Origin: Lachnospira sp.
Lineage (GTDB): Bacteria > Bacillota > Clostridia > Lachnospirales > Lachnospiraceae
Direction: 5' to 3'
Assembly (NCBI GenBank): GCA_017621205.1
Contig: JAGATQ010000051.1
Span: 1-64,000 of the forward strand
DNA: 64,000 bases
Positions 1 through 8,620 of the stretch are shown piece by piece. The translations under genes were made by a program, and so were the position numbers. Within the stretch, counting starts at the first letter, position 1. Each line of letters opens with the position of its first letter. The notes below the pieces were generated by a model, which made no database searches, was not told the origin of the DNA, and saw nothing but the letters and a program-made list of their open reading frames with translations.

Positions 1-13
1 GATTGCCGCCAAT

Positions 14-1087
14 ATGAAAAGCAAGAAACGCCCCTCTAAGTTGCCCGAAGAATGGGAAGTGATACCCGACACCCATGAGGGGATAGTCACGCAGGAGGAA
101 TTTGACACCGTACAACAGCTTATGACGAGCCGCAGGCGGGAGCAGAACGCAGGGGGATTTGAGAATATCTTTTCGGGCGTTATCAAATGTGCGGACTGCG
201 GCTATGCAATGCGGGCGGCGAGTGCCAACAGGAGGAAACGCCCCGACATCATCGACTGCGTACAATATACCTGCAATAATTATGGCAGATATGGCAATGT
301 TATGTGTACCGCACATAGCATTGAAGCGAGGGATTTATTCAACGCTGTCCTTGCCGACATCAACCGATTTGCGGATATGGCGGTCAATGATGAAAAGGCG
401 GTAAGGGCGATTGAAAAGCGGCTCACGGAAACAGACCAGAGCAGGGCAAGGGCACTGGAAAAGGAGCAGAGAAAGCTAAACAAACGCCTTGCAGAACTGG
501 ACAGGCTGTTTTCCTCACTCTATGAAGATAAGGTGATGGAGCGTATTACGGAGCGGAATTTTGAGATGATGTCGGGGAAGTACCAGAAAGAACAGCTTGA
601 AATCGAAGCAAGATTGAGGGAGGTAACGGAAACGCTCAACGACAGCTATGAGAAGTCGCAGGGTGTCCGTGATTTCCTCTCCCTAATCCGTAATTACCAA
701 GGCTTAAAGGAACTGGACGCAACCATCATAAACGCACTCATAGACAAGATACTTGTTTCGGAACGTGAGAAACTTACAGACGGAACGGTAAGACAGGAAA
801 TCAAGATTTATTATAAATTCATCGGCTTTGTCGGTGAATTACATATCACGCCAACCAAGCGGTGGACGGCGTTAAAGCCTAAGAATTGTACGGTGTGCGG
901 TGTTGAATATGTTCCCCGCTCTGCAATATCAAAGTATTGCCCAGAGTGCAGAAAAAGGATAAGAAAGGTTCAAGGAACGGAAACGAAACGCAGGAGCAGG
1001 GAGCGAAACAGACAGGCATGTATTGAACTGTCCGCAAAAAATGACCGACTGATGTGGACCACCACGAACCAAAGCCAGCACATGTAA
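14..1087 (+). CDS. Large serine recombinase, C-terminal portion. The 5' end is truncated by the window edge.
   Basis: The translation shows the end of a recombinase domain, a zinc ribbon (CADCGY...CVQYTCNNYGRYGNVMC), a long coiled-coil and a second C-terminal Cys4 ribbon (CTVCG...CPEC). This is typical large serine recombinase architecture. The ORF runs to window position 14 without an upstream stop. Confidence 0.8.
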   Translation: MKSKKRPSKLPEEWEVIPDTHEGIVTQEEFDTVQQLMTSRRREQNAGGFENIFSGVIKCADCGYAMRAASANRRKRPDIIDCVQYTCNNYGRYGNVMCTAHSIEARDLFNAVLADINRFADMAVNDEKAVRAIEKRLTETDQSRARALEKEQRKLNKRLAELDRLFSSLYEDKVMERITERNFEMMSGKYQKEQLEIEARLREVTETLNDSYEKSQGVRDFLSLIRNYQGLKELDATIINALIDKILVSEREKLTDGTVRQEIKIYYKFIGFVGELHITPTKRWTALKPKNCTVCGVEYVPRSAISKYCPECRKRIRKVQGTETKRRSRERNRQACIELSAKNDRLMWTTTNQSQHM

Positions 1088-3105
1088 AGGCAAATGAGTC
1101 TAAGCTGGTAAACAAGTTATTTGATGCCTGTCTTATGACGGCTTCAGATAACGGAAGGCATCTGTATACGCAATACCGGACTGCCTTAAATATGCTGATG
1201 CCCAAAATGAATGGCAAACTGTTTGAAGCAAAAACAAAGCTCCGCAATGCACTGATGACTCCATACCCTTATAACTTCGGAGATGGGAGCACGGATGTCC
1301 TCACATTAGAGCAGGTATTTTACAAGCTCTATGGAGAGTATGTGGAAGCAAAGCAGCGATGGTCAACCTTAAAGCTCAACAAAAAGAGTGAGCTGGCAGA
1401 AAAATACCCGGAGCCAACTCCCGATAACTATGCTAAGCGCCAGGATGAATATCTTGACTGGTATGGTAATGTTGCCGAATCAGAGGAGCTGGTGGTGCAG
1501 GAAAAGCTCGGAAAGGTACTGAATGTCTTTTCCCCGGGAGATATGGAAATCATTAATGGAATTTTGGAAAGCGGTGTAGGACGGGAGCTTACGGAAGCCC
1601 GCAACGCTTTAGACAGCGTAGAAGAATTAAACCCCGACGGTGGTACTGTTTTTCCGGTAAACCTATATCCGCAGGATTGGTTTAAGCTTTTGGATACGTC
1701 GTTTACCCCTGTCGATTTGCTCGAAAGCCCTGCGGCATTGTCCCAACAGCTTCATACGCTGGAAATGCAGCGAAGCAATATTAACCTCAATATTAATAAG
1801 CTGCTGCAGGCAATTCCGGATGATAACAATGTAAAAGAGCTGCAGGAAAAGTATGAGGCATGCGAAAAGGCATACAATGATAGCTTTGGGGATTACATTA
1901 AAGGGAATACCGAATTTACTATGGATATGTTTAAGACTGCTATTGATGTCATTGCATCAAAAACAGACAATCCAAATGGTAAGGCTGAGGACATTATCTC
2001 ACCTTCCACCCAAAAAAGAATATTTGGAGTAGAAAATGAGAAATTAAAGGAAGCAATAGATACCCTTTCCAATGGTATGACCGCCTGCCTTACCGCACAA
2101 AACGAGCTGGTTCAGTCATCCAAGGCTGCCACCGACAGTGCTCTCGAATGGTGTACTGCTAAAAATAAGCTACAGCTCAAAGCATTATTAGAGCCATTAA
2201 AGCAGCAGCAGGATGATATTAACAATGAAATCGCAACACTAAAAGAAAAAATCAGCCTTGCATCGGTTATTCATCCTGACGAGACAGAAAATGCGGATGG
2301 GCATGCAGATAAAAGTGATAATTCCACGGTAGCACCAAATAACATACCAGACCGTTTTACCCAGATTATTATTAACAAGAAGCTTTCCTCTGCTAATACA
2401 AAATCCAGCAGGGATTCCCATGCATCGCAGTCAAGCGTAGGCGTTTCCTTCTTCTTTGGCGGTTATTCCAGCAACCAGTCACATCAGGATTCTGCCAGTG
2501 CCGAGATGAGCGATAGCTCTGATGTTGAGGTGCAAATCGGTATGTCTGTTGCGAAGGTGCAGATTGAGCGGGAATGGTTTAACCCCGGCATATTTCTTCT
2601 GACAGCGGATATGTATAACACCTCCAGTCAGAAGATTTCCCCGCTGGAAACAAGCACAGATGATTTACAAAAGCGTTTTGACAGCATGAATGAATGTGTC
2701 TTCCCCTGCTACCCTGTATCCTTTGTAATTGCCAAGGATGTTACAATTAAATTCTCCTCACAGACGGCAATGTCCTCCTCCTTCGCTAAGAGTGTTGAGG
2801 ACCATTCCTCTAAAGGCGGTGGATTCTTTATATTTGGCGGAAGCAGTTCCAGCTCCAGCTCATCCGCAGAAAGCAATTCTACGGCGGCTTCCACTGCCCA
2901 CAGCGTAACAGTAAAATTTACTTCTCCGCAGATTATCGGCTATTATCTGGAAACCGTTCCGCCGGATAAAAGCTCTCATATCAGCAGTGCAGTTACAAGA
3001 AGCGATGATGATTTTATCTCTGTATTTGAATTTATTGAGACATTCAAGAAAATGTTAGATGATCATAATGAAAAATATGGACAGAAGAAATTAATGGAAG
3101 CTTAA
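1054..3105 (+). CDS. Hypothetical protein. N-terminal half is coiled-coil rich. C-terminal half has Ser-rich low-complexity tracts and repeated FFFGG/FIFGG beta-strand-like modules. The true start is probably the ATG near 1135, after the recombinase stop.
   Basis: A long uninterrupted ORF that overlaps the recombinase 3' end in another frame. There are no recognisable catalytic motifs. The repeated motif S..F(F/I)FGG.SS recurs twice. Near the C-terminus is TVKFTSPQ, which is shared with the BlaR1-like protein. Confidence 0.5.
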   Translation: MDHHEPKPAHVKANESKLVNKLFDACLMTASDNGRHLYTQYRTALNMLMPKMNGKLFEAKTKLRNALMTPYPYNFGDGSTDVLTLEQVFYKLYGEYVEAKQRWSTLKLNKKSELAEKYPEPTPDNYAKRQDEYLDWYGNVAESEELVVQEKLGKVLNVFSPGDMEIINGILESGVGRELTEARNALDSVEELNPDGGTVFPVNLYPQDWFKLLDTSFTPVDLLESPAALSQQLHTLEMQRSNINLNINKLLQAIPDDNNVKELQEKYEACEKAYNDSFGDYIKGNTEFTMDMFKTAIDVIASKTDNPNGKAEDIISPSTQKRIFGVENEKLKEAIDTLSNGMTACLTAQNELVQSSKAATDSALEWCTAKNKLQLKALLEPLKQQQDDINNEIATLKEKISLASVIHPDETENADGHADKSDNSTVAPNNIPDRFTQIIINKKLSSANTKSSRDSHASQSSVGVSFFFGGYSSNQSHQDSASAEMSDSSDVEVQIGMSVAKVQIEREWFNPGIFLLTADMYNTSSQKISPLETSTDDLQKRFDSMNECVFPCYPVSFVIAKDVTIKFSSQTAMSSSFAKSVEDHSSKGGGFFIFGGSSSSSSSSAESNSTAASTAHSVTVKFTSPQIIGYYLETVPPDKSSHISSAVTRSDDDFISVFEFIETFKKMLDDHNEKYGQKKLMEA

Positions 3106-3227
3106 GATGCTTTTAGGGCTATCGCCATATCAATATATTGATAGTTACCTTGTATGCTTTAGAGACATCCTATCGTATCGTGAAGCGACAGCCCATTTTT
3201 ATTTTTGCAAACAACAAGCCAAACAAG

Positions 3228-3265
3228 ATGCCCCACAGTAACGTAAGCTGCGGGGCATTTAACTT
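3228..3265. terminator. Probable bidirectional intrinsic terminator between convergent genes.
   Basis: Imperfect GC-rich hairpin atgccccacag/ctgcggggcat followed by T-rich sequence on both strands. It sits between the + ORF ending at 3105 and the - ORF ending at 3281. Confidence 0.4.
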
Positions 3266-3280
3266 TTAAGAAGTAATAGA

Positions 3281-4402
3281 CTAACCCATCAACCGGGAAA
3301 GCTGTTCTACCAAATCACCATTACCGGATACCGAGATTTCTCCTACCTTTCCACAGATTTTCTCTAAGTATTCCAGCTTCTTTAATTTGTACAGTGTCTC
3401 ATTTTCGTCCATTAGCTTTGCTGTATTTAACAATGACCTTGTGGATGCCACCTCCTCCCGGCGCTCAATTACATTTGCCTGTGCCCTCTTCTCTGCGACC
3501 AACACCGTATTCATGATATCCCTAATTTCTCCCGGCAAGATAATATCCTTGATTCCCGCCGTAGAAAATTCCACGAAATACTGTGCTTCCTCCTTCTTCA
3601 ACCGTGCCGAAATCAACCCGGAAAGCTCAACCTTTTTCTCAAGAATCTCATCTAAACGATAATTGCCAACCAATTCACGGATAATAAGCTGTGCATACGA
3701 ATACAACTGCTTTGGCAAATTATTCCTCTTCAGTACGACACTCTGGGCATCCACTACCCGATAGCTGCAAACTACATTCAGACGGATGCCAATCTTATCT
3801 TTTGTCAATATCTCCTGACCTAAAATATCCAGTTCCTGCCATTTCTGGTCTATGATAGAATAGGTAATTTCCGTATTGTAATTCCAAAAATAGTACACAC
3901 CGGAAGTCAGTGTTTTTACAATTCTCTGATTGTAGCACACCAATGCCACCTGTCCTTCTAAGACAGGTACCTTAGTATAGTACTTAGTTGGCAGAACAGA
4001 CAACATTTTTTTGGTAATCTCTTTCCCCATTTCCTCTGCTTCCATTGAAACCAGTCTGACCTTTGTCTTTTCAAATACGTTCCAAAAAACATATTCATTT
4101 CTTGTGGTACATCCCCTTAGGACACCATCTACATAAATAAAACCAATATATCCATCTGGTATCTGATACCGTACGGTAGCCTCCAGAAAATTCTTGTCCT
4201 TTGCTAAAATTTCATACGGTACATCTATGTATTCCACTTCTCCAAGCATTTCCTCCGTGACAACCTCATATCCCAGCAATTTGGAAAAATGATACTCCCC
4301 GGCAGAAAGCATTTTTACAAAACGTCCCTTTTTCAAAACAAATGCTGCTTCATTATCTCTGATATTATATTTCATCCTTCTCTCTCCTTTCCATAGTTCC
4401 AT
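3281..4402 (-). CDS. SPFH/band-7 (stomatin/prohibitin-like) domain protein.
   Basis: The C-terminal half contains the characteristic SPFH segment, ...IKDIILPGEIRDIMNTVLVAEKRAQANVIERREEVASTRS..., with a coiled-coil tail. No N-terminal transmembrane segment is evident. Confidence 0.7.
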   Translation of the reverse strand: MELWKGERRMKYNIRDNEAAFVLKKGRFVKMLSAGEYHFSKLLGYEVVTEEMLGEVEYIDVPYEILAKDKNFLEATVRYQIPDGYIGFIYVDGVLRGCTTRNEYVFWNVFEKTKVRLVSMEAEEMGKEITKKMLSVLPTKYYTKVPVLEGQVALVCYNQRIVKTLTSGVYYFWNYNTEITYSIIDQKWQELDILGQEILTKDKIGIRLNVVCSYRVVDAQSVVLKRNNLPKQLYSYAQLIIRELVGNYRLDEILEKKVELSGLISARLKKEEAQYFVEFSTAGIKDIILPGEIRDIMNTVLVAEKRAQANVIERREEVASTRSLLNTAKLMDENETLYKLKKLEYLEKICGKVGEISVSGNGDLVEQLSRLMG

Positions 4403-4760
4403 TTTAAATCAGATAATTGAGAATCGCATCATCGCCATCCTTCTATCTGTTATTTGTAAGTTGATTTCATATCCTCTACCTTTTCTTCTTGCTTCATAAG
4501 CGGAGCTCCGTTAAGCATTGCTTTGTCTGTTCTGGTTCACAGCTTACAGTCACAGGAAGTCAAACAGACCTTCCGTTCCTTCCCCTGCTTTCCAAAAGGC
4601 AACGCAATACGGTATCCCGTCACTGCTGGCTTATCAGGCAATTGCATCCTCCAAAAAGGCAGCCTCCACTGGCAGTGCCAGCAAAGTATACCTTTTCGGT
4701 GCTGAAGAAAAGGTAGGTGACATGGTTTCATAGAATTGCTTAACAGGCAATTCACCTACT

Positions 4761-4856
4761 TGGTTTGGGCTTGATGGATTCGAACCATCTTAATACCGAC
4801 TTGCACTCTACCATTGAGCTACAGATTTGCATCTGGCCGGATTTGAACCGGCAAAT
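4761..4856 (-). ncRNA. tRNA-like element that is not a canonical cloverleaf. It is a candidate YrlA-type bacterial Y RNA, or a tRNA remnant.
   Basis: The minus strand reads ...ccGGTTCAAATCCgg ccAGATgcaaATCTg TAGCTCAATGGTAGAGT gcaagtcggtattaa GATGGTTCGAATCCATC aagccc. This gives a near-consensus D-arm and T-arm (GGTTCGAATCC) plus a second T-arm-like hairpin. No acceptor stem or anticodon stem can be paired. It lies directly downstream of rtcB on the same strand. Confidence 0.35.
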
Positions 4857-5014
4857 TACAAGTTTTTTGTACCATTTCAGATTAATCCTCTGAATCTATG
4901 GTGAAAGAACTGTACGATATACCGACAACGGCACGCCGCTGGCATCATGGAGCACAGGGGTACTTTAACATACCACTTGCATACTCTCATACAGTACCAT
5001 TCCTTCCTAAATTA

Positions 5015-6244
5015 TTATCCCTTCAGTACGCCAACCGTCTTCAGCTTGCGAATCGGCGTAACCAAATCCATCTGCTGTGCCATAACCTCATCGATATCCT
5101 TATAGGCAAACCGGCACTCCTCTGCCACATCATTTTTTCTGGCTTTACCGAGAATGACTCCCTGCTCCTTTAAGTCCACCATAACCTGCTCCGTAGTAAA
5201 GGCTGCCATTGCGCCGCTTCTGGAATATGCCCGCCCGGCTCCATGGGAGGAGGTACAGAAGCTCTCCTTATTCCCCTTACCTTCTACGACATAGCTATAG
5301 GAACCCATAGCCCCCGGTATCACCGCTAACTCTCCCTCACGGACACGGGTTGCTCCTTTGCGGTGAACCCAGACATTTTCATTGTAATGATTCTCCAACG
5401 CCGCATAATTGTGGTGACAGTTAATCTGCTCCGAAAATTCTACCCGTATATCCGTATGCTTTTCGATGGTTTCCTGTACTGCGAGGCAGGAAATTTCCAT
5501 CATCCGCTCCCGGTTCTCGTAAGCATAGTCAAGAGCCAGATTCATCCAGTTTATGTACTGTTTTCCCTGCTCTGTATCCACCGGCAAAAATGCCAGCTTT
5601 GCTTCATCCGGCACTACGCTGTAATACCGTCTGTTCCACTCCCTCGCCTGATTATGGAAATAATCACAGATTGCCTTTCCCAGGTGGCGGCTGCCGGAAT
5701 GAATCATAATACATAAATAGCCCTCTTCATCCTCCTGCAGCTCCACGAAGTGATTGCCGCCTCCTAAAGTACCTACCTGATAAAACCCATCCCCAATCAA
5801 TGGCAGCAACTCCTCATTTGCCTGATACTTTTCCAGCTCACCCTGCGCTCTGTTAAGTACTGAGGATTCCTGTGGCGTCTTGTAGCGTTTCACTCCCACT
5901 GGAATATTTCGCATAAGATTTCCTACAATCGTCTGAATGATTGATCCATTTCCCGTCTGGATATCCCGGATATCAGCCACCTTCACATTAGTAGCAGTAA
6001 ATACCATACCGCATCCAATATCCACACCTACCGCATTGGGAATGACTACTCCCTTGGTTGCAATTACTCCCCCAATCGGCATCCCTTTGCCTGTATGAGT
6101 ATCCGGCATCAGGCACACCCATTTATGTACGAAGGGCAGGTTGGCAAGATTATACGCTTGTTCTAAACAACTCTCTTCAATTGCCTCACGGTCTCTTAAC
6201 CAGATTTTTAACGGATATTTTGTGTTCTCATTTAATACAAACAT
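5015..6244 (-). CDS. rtcB: RtcB family RNA 3'-phosphate/2',3'-cyclic phosphate--5'-OH ligase.
   Basis: Full-length match to the RtcB fold is recognisable by eye: MPDTHTGKGMPIGGV, GGGNHFVELQ, SHGAGR metal/GTP-binding motifs. Length is 409 aa. Confidence 0.9.
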   Translation of the reverse strand: MFVLNENTKYPLKIWLRDREAIEESCLEQAYNLANLPFVHKWVCLMPDTHTGKGMPIGGVIATKGVVIPNAVGVDIGCGMVFTATNVKVADIRDIQTGNGSIIQTIVGNLMRNIPVGVKRYKTPQESSVLNRAQGELEKYQANEELLPLIGDGFYQVGTLGGGNHFVELQEDEEGYLCIMIHSGSRHLGKAICDYFHNQAREWNRRYYSVVPDEAKLAFLPVDTEQGKQYINWMNLALDYAYENRERMMEISCLAVQETIEKHTDIRVEFSEQINCHHNYAALENHYNENVWVHRKGATRVREGELAVIPGAMGSYSYVVEGKGNKESFCTSSHGAGRAYSRSGAMAAFTTEQVMVDLKEQGVILGKARKNDVAEECRFAYKDIDEVMAQQMDLVTPIRKLKTVGVLKG

Positions 6245-6440
6245 CTTACTTCACCTCTCCTTTTTGATTACAAATATGTTTTGCTTTGCTATGAGCCAAT
6301 CATACAATAACTGGAAAAAATTATCATTTCAAAAAAGTTGCGAGATGAAATTATAAATCAATTATAACAAAAGAACACCATAAACGGATAAAAATCGGGG
6401 AGTGAGAAGGAGAAAATGGTAAAAAAATGGGAAGAAACGG

Positions 6441-6469
6441 TTGACAACAAAAAACAACAAAGATATACT
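6441..6469 (+). promoter_or_regulatory. Sigma-A-type promoter for the HTH-Uma2 operon. It lies in the divergent region shared with rtcB.
   Basis: TTGACA, then 17 nt, then TATACT. A strong RBS (AAGGAGG) sits 7 nt before the ATG at 6504. Confidence 0.4.
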
Positions 6470-6503
6470 AACAATAACATCATAAAAACAAGGAGGGGAT
6501 TCT

Positions 6504-7274
6504 ATGACCATTGAACAGATGCGACAGCAAAAACAAGAAAAAGGATACACTTATGCACAGATAGCCGAATTATCCGGCGTCCCATTAGGCACTGTCCAGA
6601 AGATCTTTTCAGGAGAAACAACCAATCCACGCTATGATACATTACAAGCTTTGGAGAATTTATTTTCACAAAGACCTGTACTAGCAGAAGAATCCCTCTA
6701 TACCATTCATCAGCAAGGCAGCTACACTCTTGAAGATTATTATGCAATGCCGGACGACCGCAGGGTAGAATTAATCGACGGATACTTTTATGACATGGCT
6801 TCACCCACTTTTTTACACCAGAGAATTGCCGGAGAAATCTATCGTCAGATTGCCAATTATATTATGGAACATGACGGTGACTGCCAACCGTTGCTATCTC
6901 CCATAGACATTCAGTTAGATTGCGATACAAGAACCATGGTACAGCCGGATATTGCCATATTATGTCACAATGACAGAGTCCGTCATTGGGGAATCTATGG
7001 TGCACCGGATTTTATATTAGAGGTCATATCCCCTTCCACAAGAAAGATGGATTATACCAAAAAGCTAGCGAAATACGAAGCAGCCGGGGTAAGGGAATAT
7101 TGGATATTAGACCCCTATCAGAAACGACTATTAGTTTACTTTTTTGAAAATGAAAGCTACCCCTTTATCTGTGGACTGGATACTCCCGTTCCGGTTAATA
7201 TTTATGACGGAGCATTAAAGCTTCAATTTGAACACATCCTGAACTGGATTGAACACGAGGTCATGGAAGAATAA
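6504..7274 (+). CDS. Fusion protein: N-terminal XRE-family helix-turn-helix, C-terminal Uma2 (DUF820) PD-(D/E)XK nuclease-like domain.
   Basis: N-terminus: YTYAQIAELSGVPLGTVQKIFSGE (HTH_3-like). C-terminus: RVELIDGYFYDMASPT...QPDIAILC...PDFILEVISPSTRKMDYTKKLAKYEAAGVREYWILDP. The D / E-V-x-S-P-S / K / Y-W-I-x-D-P motifs are typical of the Uma2 family. Confidence 0.75.
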   Translation: MTIEQMRQQKQEKGYTYAQIAELSGVPLGTVQKIFSGETTNPRYDTLQALENLFSQRPVLAEESLYTIHQQGSYTLEDYYAMPDDRRVELIDGYFYDMASPTFLHQRIAGEIYRQIANYIMEHDGDCQPLLSPIDIQLDCDTRTMVQPDIAILCHNDRVRHWGIYGAPDFILEVISPSTRKMDYTKKLAKYEAAGVREYWILDPYQKRLLVYFFENESYPFICGLDTPVPVNIYDGALKLQFEHILNWIEHEVMEE

Positions 7275-7291
7275 ACAGATTAAGGAGGTTA

Positions 7292-8599
7292 ATGATGTCC
7301 GAATTCCAAGAGCTAATTAAAAACTTTAGCAAATGCCGGGATTATGTCCGGGATTTCTTTGTGTACGGTTTTAAAAGCCGGGCAGATTTCTCTGCAAAGA
7401 GCGGACGCACCTATGACGATGAGCGAAGAAGAATCGAAAGCTGGCTAGGTGAGTATGTCAAAGCTGATTACGGAGCCGAATCTGATGCAGCATCTGGCAA
7501 CAAGGGGCGCTCCAAAAACATTTCCCTGCAAATGGACAGCAATCTGTTGGAAACCAATCCACTATACCGGGTATGGAAGACGAAAAGCTTTACAGACAAC
7601 GATATTATGCTGCATTTCTTTTTACTGGACATTTTAGACGACGGTGATCCCCTATCCATTACCGAATTAGCCGATGAAATAACCGCCCGCTATGAAGTGG
7701 TTTTGGATTCCCAGATGATTCGCCGCAAATGCAACGAGTATGTAAAGGAAGGTTTATTACAAACACAAAAATCCGGCAAAACGACGCTTTATAGCAGAAA
7801 TATAACATGGCAGGAATTGACTACTGATACGGCAGGCAGTGTTTTAGATGCTTTTGAATGTTCCTGCTCTGATAATCTGTTAGATGCCCTTCGGTTCTAC
7901 CAGCTTAGCGCCCCCTTCGGCATAATAGGGAGTACTCTTTTAGACAATCAGAAGACGGTCAATGCTCATTTCCGTATTAAACACAGCTTTTTCGTTCATA
8001 CACTAGAGGACGAAATAGTATTAGAGCTCCTGCAAGCAATGAGGAAAAAATGTAGTGTTCTGGCCTTTTGCCAAAGCAACAAAAATACAGACATGCGAAG
8101 AGAATTCGGGGTTCCCCTTCAATTCTTTGTAAGCACCCGCACCGGCAGGCGTTATATCTGCATGTATCGCACCACTACCAAACGTTTTCTATGCCTGCGC
8201 CTGGATCAGATAAAAAAGGTAGAGCAAAAAGAGCAGTTCCCAGAATATAATCAGATTTACGAGAAGCTGCTAAAGAACCGGGGACAGGCATGGGGTGTCT
8301 CCTTCCAAGGCTCTAACCAATCGAGAGAACAGAGACTTGTTCTAACGCTACATATCGACGAAGCTAAGGAATCGTATATTCTGGAGCGGCTTAGGCGGGA
8401 AGGTAAGGGGGGCTGTATTAGCCATATAGGAAACAACACCTACACCTATGAAACCGAGGTCTTTGATATACAGGAAATGGCACCCTGGCTTCGTACCTTT
8501 ATTGGAAGGATTGTATCAGTAGAAACTACGAACCGGCAATTCTCCTCCCGTTTCCAGTCGGATTTAGAAGCACTATACCAGATGTATGAAATTGATTGA
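7292..8599 (+). CDS. WYL-domain-like transcriptional regulator: wHTH, degenerate WYL core, WCX-like C-terminus. First gene of a pair.
   Basis: Winged HTH-like segment LSITELADEITARYEVVLDSQMIRRKCNEYVKEGLL. A WYL-like core RRYICMY...KRFLCLRLDQIKKVE. A C-terminal WCX-like beta segment ending FDIQEMAPWLRTFIGRIVSVE. The gene is tightly linked (18-bp gap) to the upstream Uma2 gene. Confidence 0.45.
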   Translation: MMSEFQELIKNFSKCRDYVRDFFVYGFKSRADFSAKSGRTYDDERRRIESWLGEYVKADYGAESDAASGNKGRSKNISLQMDSNLLETNPLYRVWKTKSFTDNDIMLHFFLLDILDDGDPLSITELADEITARYEVVLDSQMIRRKCNEYVKEGLLQTQKSGKTTLYSRNITWQELTTDTAGSVLDAFECSCSDNLLDALRFYQLSAPFGIIGSTLLDNQKTVNAHFRIKHSFFVHTLEDEIVLELLQAMRKKCSVLAFCQSNKNTDMRREFGVPLQFFVSTRTGRRYICMYRTTTKRFLCLRLDQIKKVEQKEQFPEYNQIYEKLLKNRGQAWGVSFQGSNQSREQRLVLTLHIDEAKESYILERLRREGKGGCISHIGNNTYTYETEVFDIQEMAPWLRTFIGRIVSVETTNRQFSSRFQSDLEALYQMYEID

Positions 8600-8620
8600 A
8601 ACCAGAAGGGAGTAACGTAT

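Noticed and set aside
2440-2900. Ser-rich tracts in ORF 1054-3105 as possible DNA-level tandem repeat or CRISPR-like array
   Set aside because: The repetition is at protein level only (varied Ser codons). There are no regular direct DNA repeats with spacers. No CRISPR array is present anywhere in the window.
4489-4755. Cluster of overlapping 60-75-aa ORFs on both strands
   Set aside because: They mutually overlap in different frames and lack RBSs. They sit in the non-coding gap that carries the tRNA-like element. They were treated as spurious.
4761-4856. Canonical tRNA gene (or pair of tRNA genes) on the minus strand
   Set aside because: Near-perfect D-arm and T-arm sequences are present, but no 7-bp acceptor stem or anticodon stem-loop can be paired. 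No CCA or discriminator context fits. The second T-arm upstream also lacks any partner arms. So I called it a tRNA-like module (Y-RNA-like or remnant) rather than a tRNA. tmRNA was also rejected because a tRNA-type D-loop is present and no tag reading frame is evident.
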